64,000 bases of DNA from Patescibacteria group bacterium. GTDB taxonomy: Bacteria > Patescibacteriota > Patescibacteriia > 2-12-FULL-57-11. The stretch is taken from assembly GCA_038054875.1 (NCBI GenBank), contig JBBUJK010000029.1, positions 7,442 to 71,441 of the forward strand, written 5' to 3'. A model generated the notes under the pieces. The model ran no database searches and was not told where the DNA came from. It saw only the letters and a program-made list of their open reading frames with translations. This document shows positions 10,835-19,431 of this stretch, piece by piece (the stretch's first letter is position 1; every line of letters starts with the position of its first letter). The translations under genes and the position numbers were made by a program.

Positions 10835-12229
10835 ATGCGACATGGGATTCTGCTCTTCGCACTGCTCTGTGCGGCGTGCTCCACCGAGCGCGTCGAGGTC
10901 ATCCACGAGATGACCGGCTGCACGGCCGACGCCATGTGCGACGACCGCGACGACGAGACCAGCGACTGGTGCGAGGCCGATTCCGGCTTCTGCAGCCACG
11001 AGCGCACCGTCGTCGGCGGGCTGTGCGCAAGCGCGGCCGACTGCGACGACGGCGACGCGGCGACGGTCGATGCCTGCGAAGGCGGCGACTGCCACCACAC
11101 GCGCGACGTCACCGCGCCCTTCGATCCGGCCGCGCCGGAGCGGCAGGACGCGTACCTGATCTGCGAGACGCCCAGCATGCGTGACGTGGCTCCCGTGGGT
11201 GCGCTCACCGCAGAGCTCATCCTCGAGGGCTGCTACGAGCCGGCGTTCTGGAACGAGACGGGGTACCGCATGACTGCGGTGATCCGCGGTCTCGAGCCCG
11301 ATGAGAGCCTTCCGGTTCGCATCGCGCCGCAGCTGCGGGTCGGTGATCCGAGCGATCGGTATCACGTCACGGTCAGCACCCTCTACAGTTCCGGACTGAC
11401 CACTCTGGAGCGCGTGTCTCTCGCCGGAGACTTCTCCGTTGCGGAGATCGAGGCGGGTCTCGAGGTGACGGTTCCGGGATCGCCTTCCGGTCCGGTCGTG
11501 GGCGGCGCGCAGGTCATCTTGCGCTTCCAGCCGATCGGAGAGGTGCGATCGCGCACCATCCAGTGGGCGCTCCCACCGGACGGAGTGACGCGGCTCGACG
11601 GAGGGACGCCCATCCATACGTGGCCGGCGTCTTCCTCCTTCATGCGCGTGCCGCGCCACGGATTCCTCCGCATCAACGAAGGGTCCGGCGGCGAGGCGCA
11701 GTGTACGGGAGAGCTGCGCACGCTCGACGTACCGCCGTCTGGCTACATCCTCGGCGGCCTGGTGCGTGAGGAGTCCGATCCGGAGATCTTCTATCTCACG
11801 GATTTCGATTCGCCGCGGCGCCTCTACGAGTTCCAGGGCCTGCGGGGGGCGATCGACTGGTTCGGTTGGTGGGAGACCACCTGCGCCCAGGTCAGCGTCG
11901 TCCCCGACGGCAGCTTGGATGATCCGGGATTCGTTCGCGCGACGGTCGGTCTCCGTCCCGGCACCAGCGTGACGTGGTACGACCCGACGAGCGGCGTGCG
12001 GCGCTTCGGCTACACGGATCGCAATTTCGTGATTCGGGATACCGACGGAGTGGTCTCGGGGGTCGCCTGTTCCCGGTATCCTTCCTGGAGCGGAGATCTC
12101 CGCGGCTGCGAGCTCGACATCACGAGCATGCTCGCGGAGTACACCGTGATGCTGGCGACCGAGCCGTATCCCGACCTCGACCAGCTTCGGGCCTGGTCGA
12201 TCCAAACGTACGACGGCGGCAGTCCGTAG
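10835..12229 (+). CDS. Predicted lipoprotein with Cys/Asp-rich repeats
   Basis: Signal MRHGILLFALLCAAC; repeats CDDRDDETSDWC and CDDGDAATVDAC; GAGG SD. Confidence 0.8.
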   Translation: MRHGILLFALLCAACSTERVEVIHEMTGCTADAMCDDRDDETSDWCEADSGFCSHERTVVGGLCASAADCDDGDAATVDACEGGDCHHTRDVTAPFDPAAPERQDAYLICETPSMRDVAPVGALTAELILEGCYEPAFWNETGYRMTAVIRGLEPDESLPVRIAPQLRVGDPSDRYHVTVSTLYSSGLTTLERVSLAGDFSVAEIEAGLEVTVPGSPSGPVVGGAQVILRFQPIGEVRSRTIQWALPPDGVTRLDGGTPIHTWPASSSFMRVPRHGFLRINEGSGGEAQCTGELRTLDVPPSGYILGGLVREESDPEIFYLTDFDSPRRLYEFQGLRGAIDWFGWWETTCAQVSVVPDGSLDDPGFVRATVGLRPGTSVTWYDPTSGVRRFGYTDRNFVIRDTDGVVSGVACSRYPSWSGDLRGCELDITSMLAEYTVMLATEPYPDLDQLRAWSIQTYDGGSP

Positions 12230-12254
12230 CAAGCGCCCCGCGTGGGTCGCAAAG

Positions 12255-12376
12255 GGGAGGGCAGTGCTCTTCGTGAGCACACCCTCCCATCCTTTTTCCA
12301 GCCCATCTCCGTGAAACGAGGTGCCCTGGAAGAGAGGATCCCTCTCTTGGTTCTTACAACGAGGTCAATGATGCGT
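12255..12376 (+). repeat. Intergenic structured element, copy 1
   Basis: Hairpin + TCCTTTTTCCAG + hairpin + CTGGAAGAGAGGA; 12279-12376 matches 13224-13321 at 97/98 bp. Confidence 0.9.
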
Positions 12377-13183
12377 GCGCCACTACTCGCACTCCTGCTT
12401 ACCGGCTGCTACCTGTCGCACGAGCGTGCGGCACCCGTCGCGCCCGTGCCAGTCGCGGGTACCGCCATGGTGCGGTTGATCCGCGAAGCGCCCACACCGC
12501 TCGGATCGGATGAGAGTCGCCTGATCGGTGTTCATGTCTGGTCGACGGGCAATCCCATCGGCGTCATGAAGATGCTCTTCGTCCTGCATACCTTCCGAGG
12601 TGATCTCGTGGGCGATCCTGGATGGGGCATGGGCGATTTCCATCTCGAGATGAACGGCGAGGACGTGACGTCGGCTCTCGCCGAGATCTACGCTTGGGAG
12701 GGCCTCGTGGGCGTTGCTCCCAGGGACCTCGAGCAGGTGGTCTACGTCCGCTTCCATCACGAGCTTCTCGTGGATGGTGTCGGGTCGGACTTCATCCTGC
12801 ATGGTCGCGTGACGCGCGGGTCGCTTATGCCGGGTGACGAGCTGGAGCCCCGTTTCGTCTTCGGCGAATTTCCGGAGTGGTCCTGTCCGAATCGGGGGAT
12901 GCTGACGCCCACCTATCCGGTCACGGAGCGTCGCGTCTTCGGACCCGACATCTACAACGACCTTGCAGTCGTGCCGTGCGTTGTGCCGGTCGAGGCGGGT
13001 ACCTCGGAGAGCCCGTGCGCCGACACGACCTACGCGCGATTCCTCTGGTCGCCGCGAACGTCGCCGAGACATTCGGATCTCGACTGCGCAAGTGGCGGGT
13101 CGGATGACTGGGTGAGTGGCGCCTCGACGGACGACCCGGCTGCCATGGGTTCGGATCTCGTCGGCGAGACGCATCGTCCGTAG
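12368..13183 (+). CDS. Predicted lipoprotein
   Basis: MMRAPLLALLLTGC lipobox; GAGGT SD. Confidence 0.8.
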   Translation: MMRAPLLALLLTGCYLSHERAAPVAPVPVAGTAMVRLIREAPTPLGSDESRLIGVHVWSTGNPIGVMKMLFVLHTFRGDLVGDPGWGMGDFHLEMNGEDVTSALAEIYAWEGLVGVAPRDLEQVVYVRFHHELLVDGVGSDFILHGRVTRGSLMPGDELEPRFVFGEFPEWSCPNRGMLTPTYPVTERRVFGPDIYNDLAVVPCVVPVEAGTSESPCADTTYARFLWSPRTSPRHSDLDCASGGSDDWVSGASTDDPAAMGSDLVGETHRP

Positions 13184-13198
13184 GCGAGTCACCCGCAG

Positions 13199-13321
13199 GG
13201 GAGGGGCAGTCGAGTCCAGCTCGACACCCTCCCATCCTTTTTCCAGCCCATCTCCGTGAAACGAGGTGCCCTGGAAGAGAGGATCCCCCTCTTGGTTCTT
13301 ACAACGAGGTCAATGATGCGT
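13199..13321 (+). repeat. Intergenic structured element, copy 2
   Basis: Near-identical to copy 1, but the inner stem of the first hairpin is fully covaried. Confidence 0.9.
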
Positions 13322-14125
13322 TCCTTGTTTCTCGCACTCGCGTTCTGCGCGAGCGGTTGCGGTGCACGGAGCGGACTCGAGTGTCCCGAGGTGCCCGTGC
13401 GGATTGCGGACGCCGGAATTCCGGACGCGCCGCTTCCCGTCGACGGCGGGACGGATGCCGGCAGCGACGCGGGAGTCGATGCCGGACCGCCCGCGCCGAC
13501 CTGCGTGGAGCCGGAGCCCGGTCGGCCTGTGGACTGCTCCTTCTACCTGAGCACGGGGCCTGGTGGCGGCTGCTTCTGTCGAACCTGCCCGCCGCGTTCC
13601 GACGACCGGGACCTCGCGCCCGGCAGCCTGGTACGGGGTACGAGTTCGTTCGCCAGTCATGTGGTGTACGTCATCGGGCGTGACGGCAGGCGGCATGTCT
13701 TCCCGTCGCCGCTCGAGCTCGCCTCCTGGCTCGGTGATGCTTCAAGCGCGGGTCCGACGCACCGCTGGGGCGACGGCGAGGACCGCAACCACATCTGCGC
13801 CCACATCGTGCAGGTGCCGGACGACGTCCTGAGCGCTTACCCGCTCAGCGATCGGAACGTGACGGTCCGACCCGGCACGTACATCGTCACCATCGATACC
13901 GTGCCGACGGAATGGGCGATCGACCGCGGGGGAGTGCTCCGCGAAATGACCCCCGAGATCTCCGAGGAGATCTGGCCGTTCTCCGCCCGCCGTCGCGTAC
14001 GGATCGTCGACGATGCGCTCTTCGGCAGCTACGTGCTCGGTTCGCCGGTCACGTCGGCCGCCGACTACGATCTCGATGCGCTCGCCCGCGTCACGCTGCT
14101 CGACGATCTCGAGGCACGGCCGTAA
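13313..14125 (+). CDS. Predicted lipoprotein with DAG-rich linker and CPR-type surface domain
   Basis: MMRSLFLALAFCASGC lipobox; DAG repeats; GSLVRG...VYVIGRDGRRHVFP...NVTVRPG...GGVLR. Confidence 0.8.
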   Translation: MMRSLFLALAFCASGCGARSGLECPEVPVRIADAGIPDAPLPVDGGTDAGSDAGVDAGPPAPTCVEPEPGRPVDCSFYLSTGPGGGCFCRTCPPRSDDRDLAPGSLVRGTSSFASHVVYVIGRDGRRHVFPSPLELASWLGDASSAGPTHRWGDGEDRNHICAHIVQVPDDVLSAYPLSDRNVTVRPGTYIVTIDTVPTEWAIDRGGVLREMTPEISEEIWPFSARRRVRIVDDALFGSYVLGSPVTSAADYDLDALARVTLLDDLEARP

Positions 14126-14137
14126 CGCACGGTCAAT

Positions 14138-14219
14138 CGGGAGTGGAGCTCACACGAGCTCCGTTCCCGTCCTTTTTCCAGCGCACCTCGCAACACGCGA
14201 AGCGTCCTGGAAGTGAGGA
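14138..14219 (+). repeat. Intergenic structured element, copy 3
   Basis: Hairpin + TCCTTTTTCCAG (14170) + hairpin + CTGGAAGTGAGGA (14207). Confidence 0.85.
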
Positions 14220-14226
14220 GAACCAG

Positions 14227-14547
14227 ATGCGTCAGGGCTTGTTCGTTGTCATTCTGTTCCTTGCGGCGGCCTGCGCCGGACCGATGCGGGAGGCGGAGCT
14301 GCTTTCCGTGCCGGAGTGGCGCGGCACGCGGCCCGCATTCCTCTCCGAACAGGAGACGGACTGCGACGCGGAGTTCGCGCGCACCTGGCTCTTGCAGCCG
14401 CCCCCGTGCGATCCTTCAGTGCTGGATCCCTGGCGGAGCATGAGCAGCCGCCGAGCGCCGCTTCGGCCGGAGCGGTCGTTCCGGCAATCCCGTCTGCGCG
14501 AGTCGGACACGACGATCGAGGAGGAGCTCGCGGCCCCCGCGCCCTGA
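14227..14547 (+). CDS. Predicted small lipoprotein
   Basis: MRQGLFVVILFLAAAC lipobox; GAGGAG SD. Confidence 0.7.
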   Translation: MRQGLFVVILFLAAACAGPMREAELLSVPEWRGTRPAFLSEQETDCDAEFARTWLLQPPPCDPSVLDPWRSMSSRRAPLRPERSFRQSRLRESDTTIEEELAAPAP

Positions 14548-14559
14548 GCGCGGCGCCCC

Positions 14560-14629
14560 CTGGGAGCGTTATCCCAGTCCTTTTTCAAGACCATCACCGC
14601 GCGGTGCGGTGGCGGTCTGGAAGTGAGGA
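14560..14629 (+). repeat. Intergenic structured element, copy 4
   Basis: CTGGGA/TCCCAG hairpin + TCCTTTTTCAAG (14578) + hairpin + CTGGAAGTGAGGA (14617). Confidence 0.8.
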
Positions 14630-14717
14630 TACAAACGTCGGTGTATCACCCGGCGGCAACGCTCGTAGAAGTGGGTACGGACTTCCTGCAGAAGTGCAGG
14701 AAGAAGGAGAAAACATA

Positions 14718-15110
14718 GTGAGATTCATTCTGACGGCTGTCTGCGCATTCGCCCTCAGCGGCTGCGCAGCGCTCGACCAGTACAGCGCGCGGCGCTCGGC
14801 CGAGTACGCGCGCGCCCGGCATGCGGAGCACGCCGAGGTCGAGCATCACGCCCTGCGTGACGGCACGACGATCCGACGGATCGACGCGTGCCGGGAGGAG
14901 CGGTGCATCGGCCACGGCCGCATCTGCACCATGAACATCCTCGATGCGGACGGGGACGGCAGTGCAGCCGCATCCTGCGGCGGCGAGGACTGCCGGGACG
15001 ACGACCCGACGGTCTCCCCGAACATGTCCGAGATCCGGGACGGCATCGACAACGACTGCGACGGCATGGTCGACGAGACCTGCGCCCCGGGCGAATCCCT
15101 TCATCTCTGA
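14718..15110 (+). CDS. Predicted lipoprotein with MopE-related putative metal-binding motif
   Basis: GTG start after AAGGAG; lipobox FALSGC; DADGDG...DCRDDDPTVSP..SEIRDGIDNDCDGMVDE. Confidence 0.8.
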   Translation: MRFILTAVCAFALSGCAALDQYSARRSAEYARARHAEHAEVEHHALRDGTTIRRIDACREERCIGHGRICTMNILDADGDGSAAASCGGEDCRDDDPTVSPNMSEIRDGIDNDCDGMVDETCAPGESLHL

Positions 15111-15202
15111 TGAGGAGGTCCGCCCGTTCTTTTTTATGGAAGGCCTTCGACGCGTCGAGGGGCTTCCACTGTCAGGCTGTGCCGTGTTAGATTGCTCGCG
15201 AT

Positions 15203-16468
15203 ATGCGCTACTCCCAGCTGTTCGCCAAGACCTCGAAGACCGTGCCGCACGACGCCGACTCCGCCAACGCGCGCTTCTTGGTGCAGGGCGGCTTTGTGAG
15301 TCAGCTCGCCGCTGGCATCTACACGTATTTGCCGTTCGGTTTGCGCGTCCTCGATAAGATCAAGAACATCATTCGCGAGGAGATGAACGCGCTCGGTGCA
15401 CAGGAAGTGCTCATGCCTGCACTCACCCCGAAGGAGCCCTGGACCGTGACCGGGCGCTGGAATGAGATCGACGTGTTGTTCAAGCTCGAGGGTCACGGCG
15501 ACAAGGAGTACGCGCTCGGCTCGACGCACGAGGAGATTGTGACGCCGCTCGTGCAGCAGTTCGTGAAGTCGTACAAGGATTTGCCGACGAGCGTCTATCA
15601 GATCCAGGACAAATTCCGGAACGAACCGCGCGCGAAGTCCGGCTTGTTGCGTGGCCGCGAGTTTTCGATGAAGGACATGTACAGCTTTCACCTCACGGAA
15701 GCGGACTTCGAACAGTATTACGAGCGTGCCAAGGAAGCGTATTTCAACGTCTACCGCCGCTGCGGGCTTGAAGCGCTCATCGTCGAAGCATCGGGCGGCG
15801 CGTTCTCCAAGTTCAGTCATGAGTTTCAAGTGCTGACAGACTCCGGCGAAGACCTGGTGTTCCACTGCGCCTGCGGCTTTGCGCAGAACAAGGAAATCGC
15901 CGAGGTGAAAGAAGGCGACACTTGCCCGAAATGCGGAGAAGGGAAGATTGCAGCGGACAAAGCCATCGAGGTCGGCAATATCTTTCCGCTCAAGAGCCGC
16001 TTCACCGACGCATTCAACTTTAAGGTCGCAAGTCAGGATGGCAAGCCGCAGCCAGTTCTCATGGGCTGCTACGGCATCGGTCCTTCGCGCGTCATGGGCA
16101 CGATCGTCGAGGTCCACCATGACGACAAGGGGATTGTCTGGCCGCGCGGCGTGGCGCCGTTCGATATCCACGTCGTCTCGATCGGCGGCAAGGATTCGGA
16201 GAAGGTGATGGCTGCGGCGGAAGCACTCGTCAAAGACATCGAGGCTACGGGACTTGAGGTGCTTTGGGATGACCGCGACGCGCCGCCGGGCGAGAAGTTC
16301 GCCGACGCCGACCTGATCGGCATCCCGTTGCGGCTTGTCGTGTCCGAAAAGTCGCTCGCGAAAGACGTCGTCGAGTGGAAGGAGCGCGGCAGTGAGAAAG
16401 CCGATCTCATCCCGAAGAACGATTTGATCGAGGCCGTGCGCGCTTGGGTGGGGCTGCGCGTCGCATAA
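15203..16468 (+). CDS. proS: Prolyl-tRNA synthetase (short form)
   Basis: THEE, KFRNEPR..GLLRGREF.MKD, MGCYGIG, anticodon-binding domain. Confidence 0.95.
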   Translation: MRYSQLFAKTSKTVPHDADSANARFLVQGGFVSQLAAGIYTYLPFGLRVLDKIKNIIREEMNALGAQEVLMPALTPKEPWTVTGRWNEIDVLFKLEGHGDKEYALGSTHEEIVTPLVQQFVKSYKDLPTSVYQIQDKFRNEPRAKSGLLRGREFSMKDMYSFHLTEADFEQYYERAKEAYFNVYRRCGLEALIVEASGGAFSKFSHEFQVLTDSGEDLVFHCACGFAQNKEIAEVKEGDTCPKCGEGKIAADKAIEVGNIFPLKSRFTDAFNFKVASQDGKPQPVLMGCYGIGPSRVMGTIVEVHHDDKGIVWPRGVAPFDIHVVSIGGKDSEKVMAAAEALVKDIEATGLEVLWDDRDAPPGEKFADADLIGIPLRLVVSEKSLAKDVVEWKERGSEKADLIPKNDLIEAVRAWVGLRVA

Positions 16469-16470
16469 AT

Positions 16471-16503
16471 AAAAAAAGCCCGGCGAGGTGCCGGGCTTTT
16501 TTT
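16471..16503. terminator. Bidirectional intrinsic terminator
   Basis: A7-GCCCGGC...GCCGGGC-T7 between convergent proS and hup. Confidence 0.85.
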
Positions 16504-16783
16504 ATTTGCCTTTGAGTGCGTCCTTGAGATTCTTGCCGGCCTTGAATTTCGGCACGACGACGTCGGCGATCTGGATTTTTTCGGTGGGGTTGCGCGGGTT
16601 CACGCCGGTGCGGCCCTTGCGGACGCGGGCCTGGAAGGCGCCGAAGCCGGCGATGTTCACTTCGCCTCCGGCCTTGAGCGTCTGGGTGATGACCTCGGTC
16701 ATCTCCTCGATCATGCGCTCGGTCTGCGTCTTGGGGAGCTGTAATTTTTCCGCCAATGTTGCTGCGAGTTCTGCTTTGTTCAT
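16502..16783 (-). CDS. hup: HU family DNA-binding protein
   Basis: MNKAEL, GFGAF, RTGVNPR, PKFKAGK. Confidence 0.95.
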   Translation of the reverse strand: MNKAELAATLAEKLQLPKTQTERMIEEMTEVITQTLKAGGEVNIAGFGAFQARVRKGRTGVNPRNPTEKIQIADVVVPKFKAGKNLKDALKGK

Positions 16784-16792
16784 ATCCTGTGA

Positions 16793-17617
16793 TTACACCG
16801 TGACGTATTCTTGCAAACGTTCGATGTGCGTGGCATGTCCGGTCGCGGGATCAACGGTGATGTGCAAGCCGTTCACGACGGCGTACCCGCTCTCCGGCAT
16901 CTCGGCGCCGTGAAGTTGTTCTCCTGCGCGGAATGCCGCGAGCGGTGCTGCTTTCTCGATGCCGATCACCCCGTCTGCGAAGCCGGTCATGCCGACGTCG
17001 GTCTGGTAGGCAGTGCCTGGCGGCAGAATGCGCGTGTCCGCGGTCGACACGTGGGTGTGCGTTCCCCAGACGGCGCTGGCCCGGCCCGCAACGTACCAGC
17101 CGAAGCCGACGCGTTCCGAAGTGATTTCTCCGTGCAGGTCGACGAGCACGATCTTCGCCTCAGGATGTTCCGCGACGATGCGGTCAAAGGCAGTGAAGGG
17201 GTTTGCGACCAGTTCCCCATCGCGCATCTTCACCTGGCAGAGCAAGTTTACCACAAGCACTGGCGTGCCGCCGACATCGACGACAACAATGCCTTTACCC
17301 GGCCGATCATCCGAAAAGTTGGCGGGTCGGAGCACGCGGTCGCGCCAGAGCGGATGCGCGAGCATCATCACGCCGTGTCCTTCGAACGTGTGGTTGCCGC
17401 CGGTCAGGAGCTGAACGCCAGCATCAAAGAGTTCCTGAGCTGTTGACTCCGTAATGCCTTTGCCGTGTGCTAGGTTCTCGCCGTTGGCGATGATGAGGTC
17501 CGGCGCGTACTTTTTTTTCCAGGCGGGGAGTACGACCGCGAGCGCGCGTCGTCCGACGCGGCCCATGACGTCCCCGAAGACGAGGATCTCCACCTGTGGT
17601 GAGCGGAGTCGAACCAT
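16793..17617 (-). CDS. ymdB: YmdB family metallophosphoesterase
   Basis: GDVMG, NGEN, TGGNH, DLHGE.TSE, GTHTHV, TDVGMTG; downstream of rny. Confidence 0.9.
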   Translation of the reverse strand: MVRLRSPQVEILVFGDVMGRVGRRALAVVLPAWKKKYAPDLIIANGENLAHGKGITESTAQELFDAGVQLLTGGNHTFEGHGVMMLAHPLWRDRVLRPANFSDDRPGKGIVVVDVGGTPVLVVNLLCQVKMRDGELVANPFTAFDRIVAEHPEAKIVLVDLHGEITSERVGFGWYVAGRASAVWGTHTHVSTADTRILPPGTAYQTDVGMTGFADGVIGIEKAAPLAAFRAGEQLHGAEMPESGYAVVNGLHITVDPATGHATHIERLQEYVTV

Positions 17618-17621
17618 GCGT

Positions 17622-19145
17622 TTAGCGCGCTGTTTCGATGACGCGCGTTTCGCGGATCACGGTGACGCGGATTTCTCCGGGATATTTCAGCTCAGCTTCG
17701 ATCTTGCTCGCGATCTCCTTGGCGAGCTTGTACGCGGCGAAGTCATCGACCGCCTTGGGCGACACGAAGACGCGCAAGTCGCGGCCGGCCTGGATGGCGT
17801 AGGCCTTCTCGACGCCCGGGAACGACGTTGCCACGTTCTCGAGTTCCTCGAGGCGGCGGACGTATTCAGCGAGCGTGTCCTTGCGCGCGCCCGGGCGGGC
17901 GCCGCTGATCGCGTCGGCGGCCTTCACAATCACGGCTTCCAACGTCTTCGGTTTATCCTCATGATGGCCGATCGACTGGTAGCAGAGCTCTTCCGGGAAA
18001 CCGAACTTCTTCATGATGTTGTAGCCGATCTCCGGGTGAGAACCCTGGATGTCGTGGTCCACGGCTTTGCCGATGTCGTGGAACAGGCCGCCTTTTTTAC
18101 AGACAGTGATGTCAGCGCCGAGCTCTTCGGCCATGAGGGTCGAAAGCTGCGCCACTTCCATGGAGTGCTGGAGCGCATTCTGTCCGTAGCTGGTGCGGAA
18201 CTTGAGACGACCGAGGATCTGGATGAGCTTCGGATCAACGCCGGTGATGCCGAGTTCGTACAGCGCTTCTTCGCCGGCCTTCCGCATGTCGTTGTTCAAC
18301 TCTTTCTTTGCTTCGTCGACCGCTTCCTCGATGCGGCCCGGGTGGATGCGCCCGTCCGCCAAAAGCTTGTCGAGCGCGCGTTTGGCAATCTGACGGCGCA
18401 CCGGAGAGAAGCCGGAGATAGTGATGATGCCCGGCGTGTCGTCAACGATGAGTTCGCAGCCCGTGAGGTTTTCAATGGCCTTGATGTTGCGGCCTTCCTT
18501 GCCGATGATGCGGCCCTTCATGTCGTCGGCGGGCAGCTGCACCGAGGTCGTCGTGGTGTCGACGGCGTGCGAGGAAGCCAGGCGCTGGATGGTCGTGGCC
18601 AGAATGTTCTTGGCTTTGACTTCAAGCTCCTCGGCCGTGACCTGCTCGAGTTTGCGGATGCGTGAGACGATTTCTTCCTTCTGCGATTCTTCGACGAGCG
18701 CCGTGATGCGCTCGATAGCTTGCTCGCGGGTCAACCCCGCGATGGCCTGGAGTTTCTCAATCTGTTCTTCTTTCAGTTTATCGATGGAGGAGCGATCGGC
18801 TTCAACGGCCGCGGCTTTTTCCTGGAGCTTCGTGATTTTATCCTGGAACTCCATGAACTTCTGATCGAACAGCGTTTCGCGCTTCTCAAGCCGCTGTTGC
18901 GTCTCGGTCACTTCGTTGCGGCGGGTGGCGGCTTCGCGTTTTCCTTCTTCAACAATTTTTAGCGCCTTGTCGTTGGCATCGATCGCAAGCTGCTGCGCCT
19001 TCTTCGTGGCTTCGTTCACGATGTGACCGGCTTTGGCTTCGGCCGAGCCGATCTTTCCTGCGGCCAGTTTCTGCCGCAGGACATAACCAACAGCCCCACC
19101 GGCCAGAAGGCCGCCGAGGAGGAAAAGAATGGTGAACGGGGACAT
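17622..19145 (-). CDS. rny: Ribonuclease Y
   Basis: N-terminal TM, coiled coil, KH domain (KGRIIGKEGRNI), HD domain (HDIGK). Confidence 0.97.
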   Translation of the reverse strand: MSPFTILFLLGGLLAGGAVGYVLRQKLAAGKIGSAEAKAGHIVNEATKKAQQLAIDANDKALKIVEEGKREAATRRNEVTETQQRLEKRETLFDQKFMEFQDKITKLQEKAAAVEADRSSIDKLKEEQIEKLQAIAGLTREQAIERITALVEESQKEEIVSRIRKLEQVTAEELEVKAKNILATTIQRLASSHAVDTTTTSVQLPADDMKGRIIGKEGRNIKAIENLTGCELIVDDTPGIITISGFSPVRRQIAKRALDKLLADGRIHPGRIEEAVDEAKKELNNDMRKAGEEALYELGITGVDPKLIQILGRLKFRTSYGQNALQHSMEVAQLSTLMAEELGADITVCKKGGLFHDIGKAVDHDIQGSHPEIGYNIMKKFGFPEELCYQSIGHHEDKPKTLEAVIVKAADAISGARPGARKDTLAEYVRRLEELENVATSFPGVEKAYAIQAGRDLRVFVSPKAVDDFAAYKLAKEIASKIEAELKYPGEIRVTVIRETRVIETAR

Positions 19146-19161
19146 AGGGGGTCAGGGCAGA

Positions 19162-19304
19162 CCGCGCCTGAACCCGCTGCCGAAAACGCCGGGAGACTTA
19201 ACGCAAAACCTGGTGGCGTTCTGCCACCTTCGGGTCGGAAAAAGCGGACGATGCGTAAGCGTTCCTCATGGCGAGATTGTCGGCAACAAGCACAACCAGC
19301 ACGG
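19162..19304 (-). ncRNA. Candidate 6S-like rod-shaped RNA
   Basis: Long closing stem with G-U pairs plus internal helices on the minus strand, directly upstream of rny. Confidence 0.4.
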
Positions 19305-19431
19305 AATACTGCCGTTACGTCGAGTCAAGACTTCTGGTGCGACTCTAGCACGGGGGTTGACCCCGGGCAAGAATTGTGGTAGGTTGCGCGGTCTTTCCGG
19401 GATCGTATTCCCCCCGGAAAGTGGAGGTTAC

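Noticed and set aside
12255-14629. Junction repeats as a CRISPR array or canonical integron attC sites
   Set aside because: The spacers are whole genes; there are no RYYYAAC/GTTRRRY cores and no cas or intI genes in the window.
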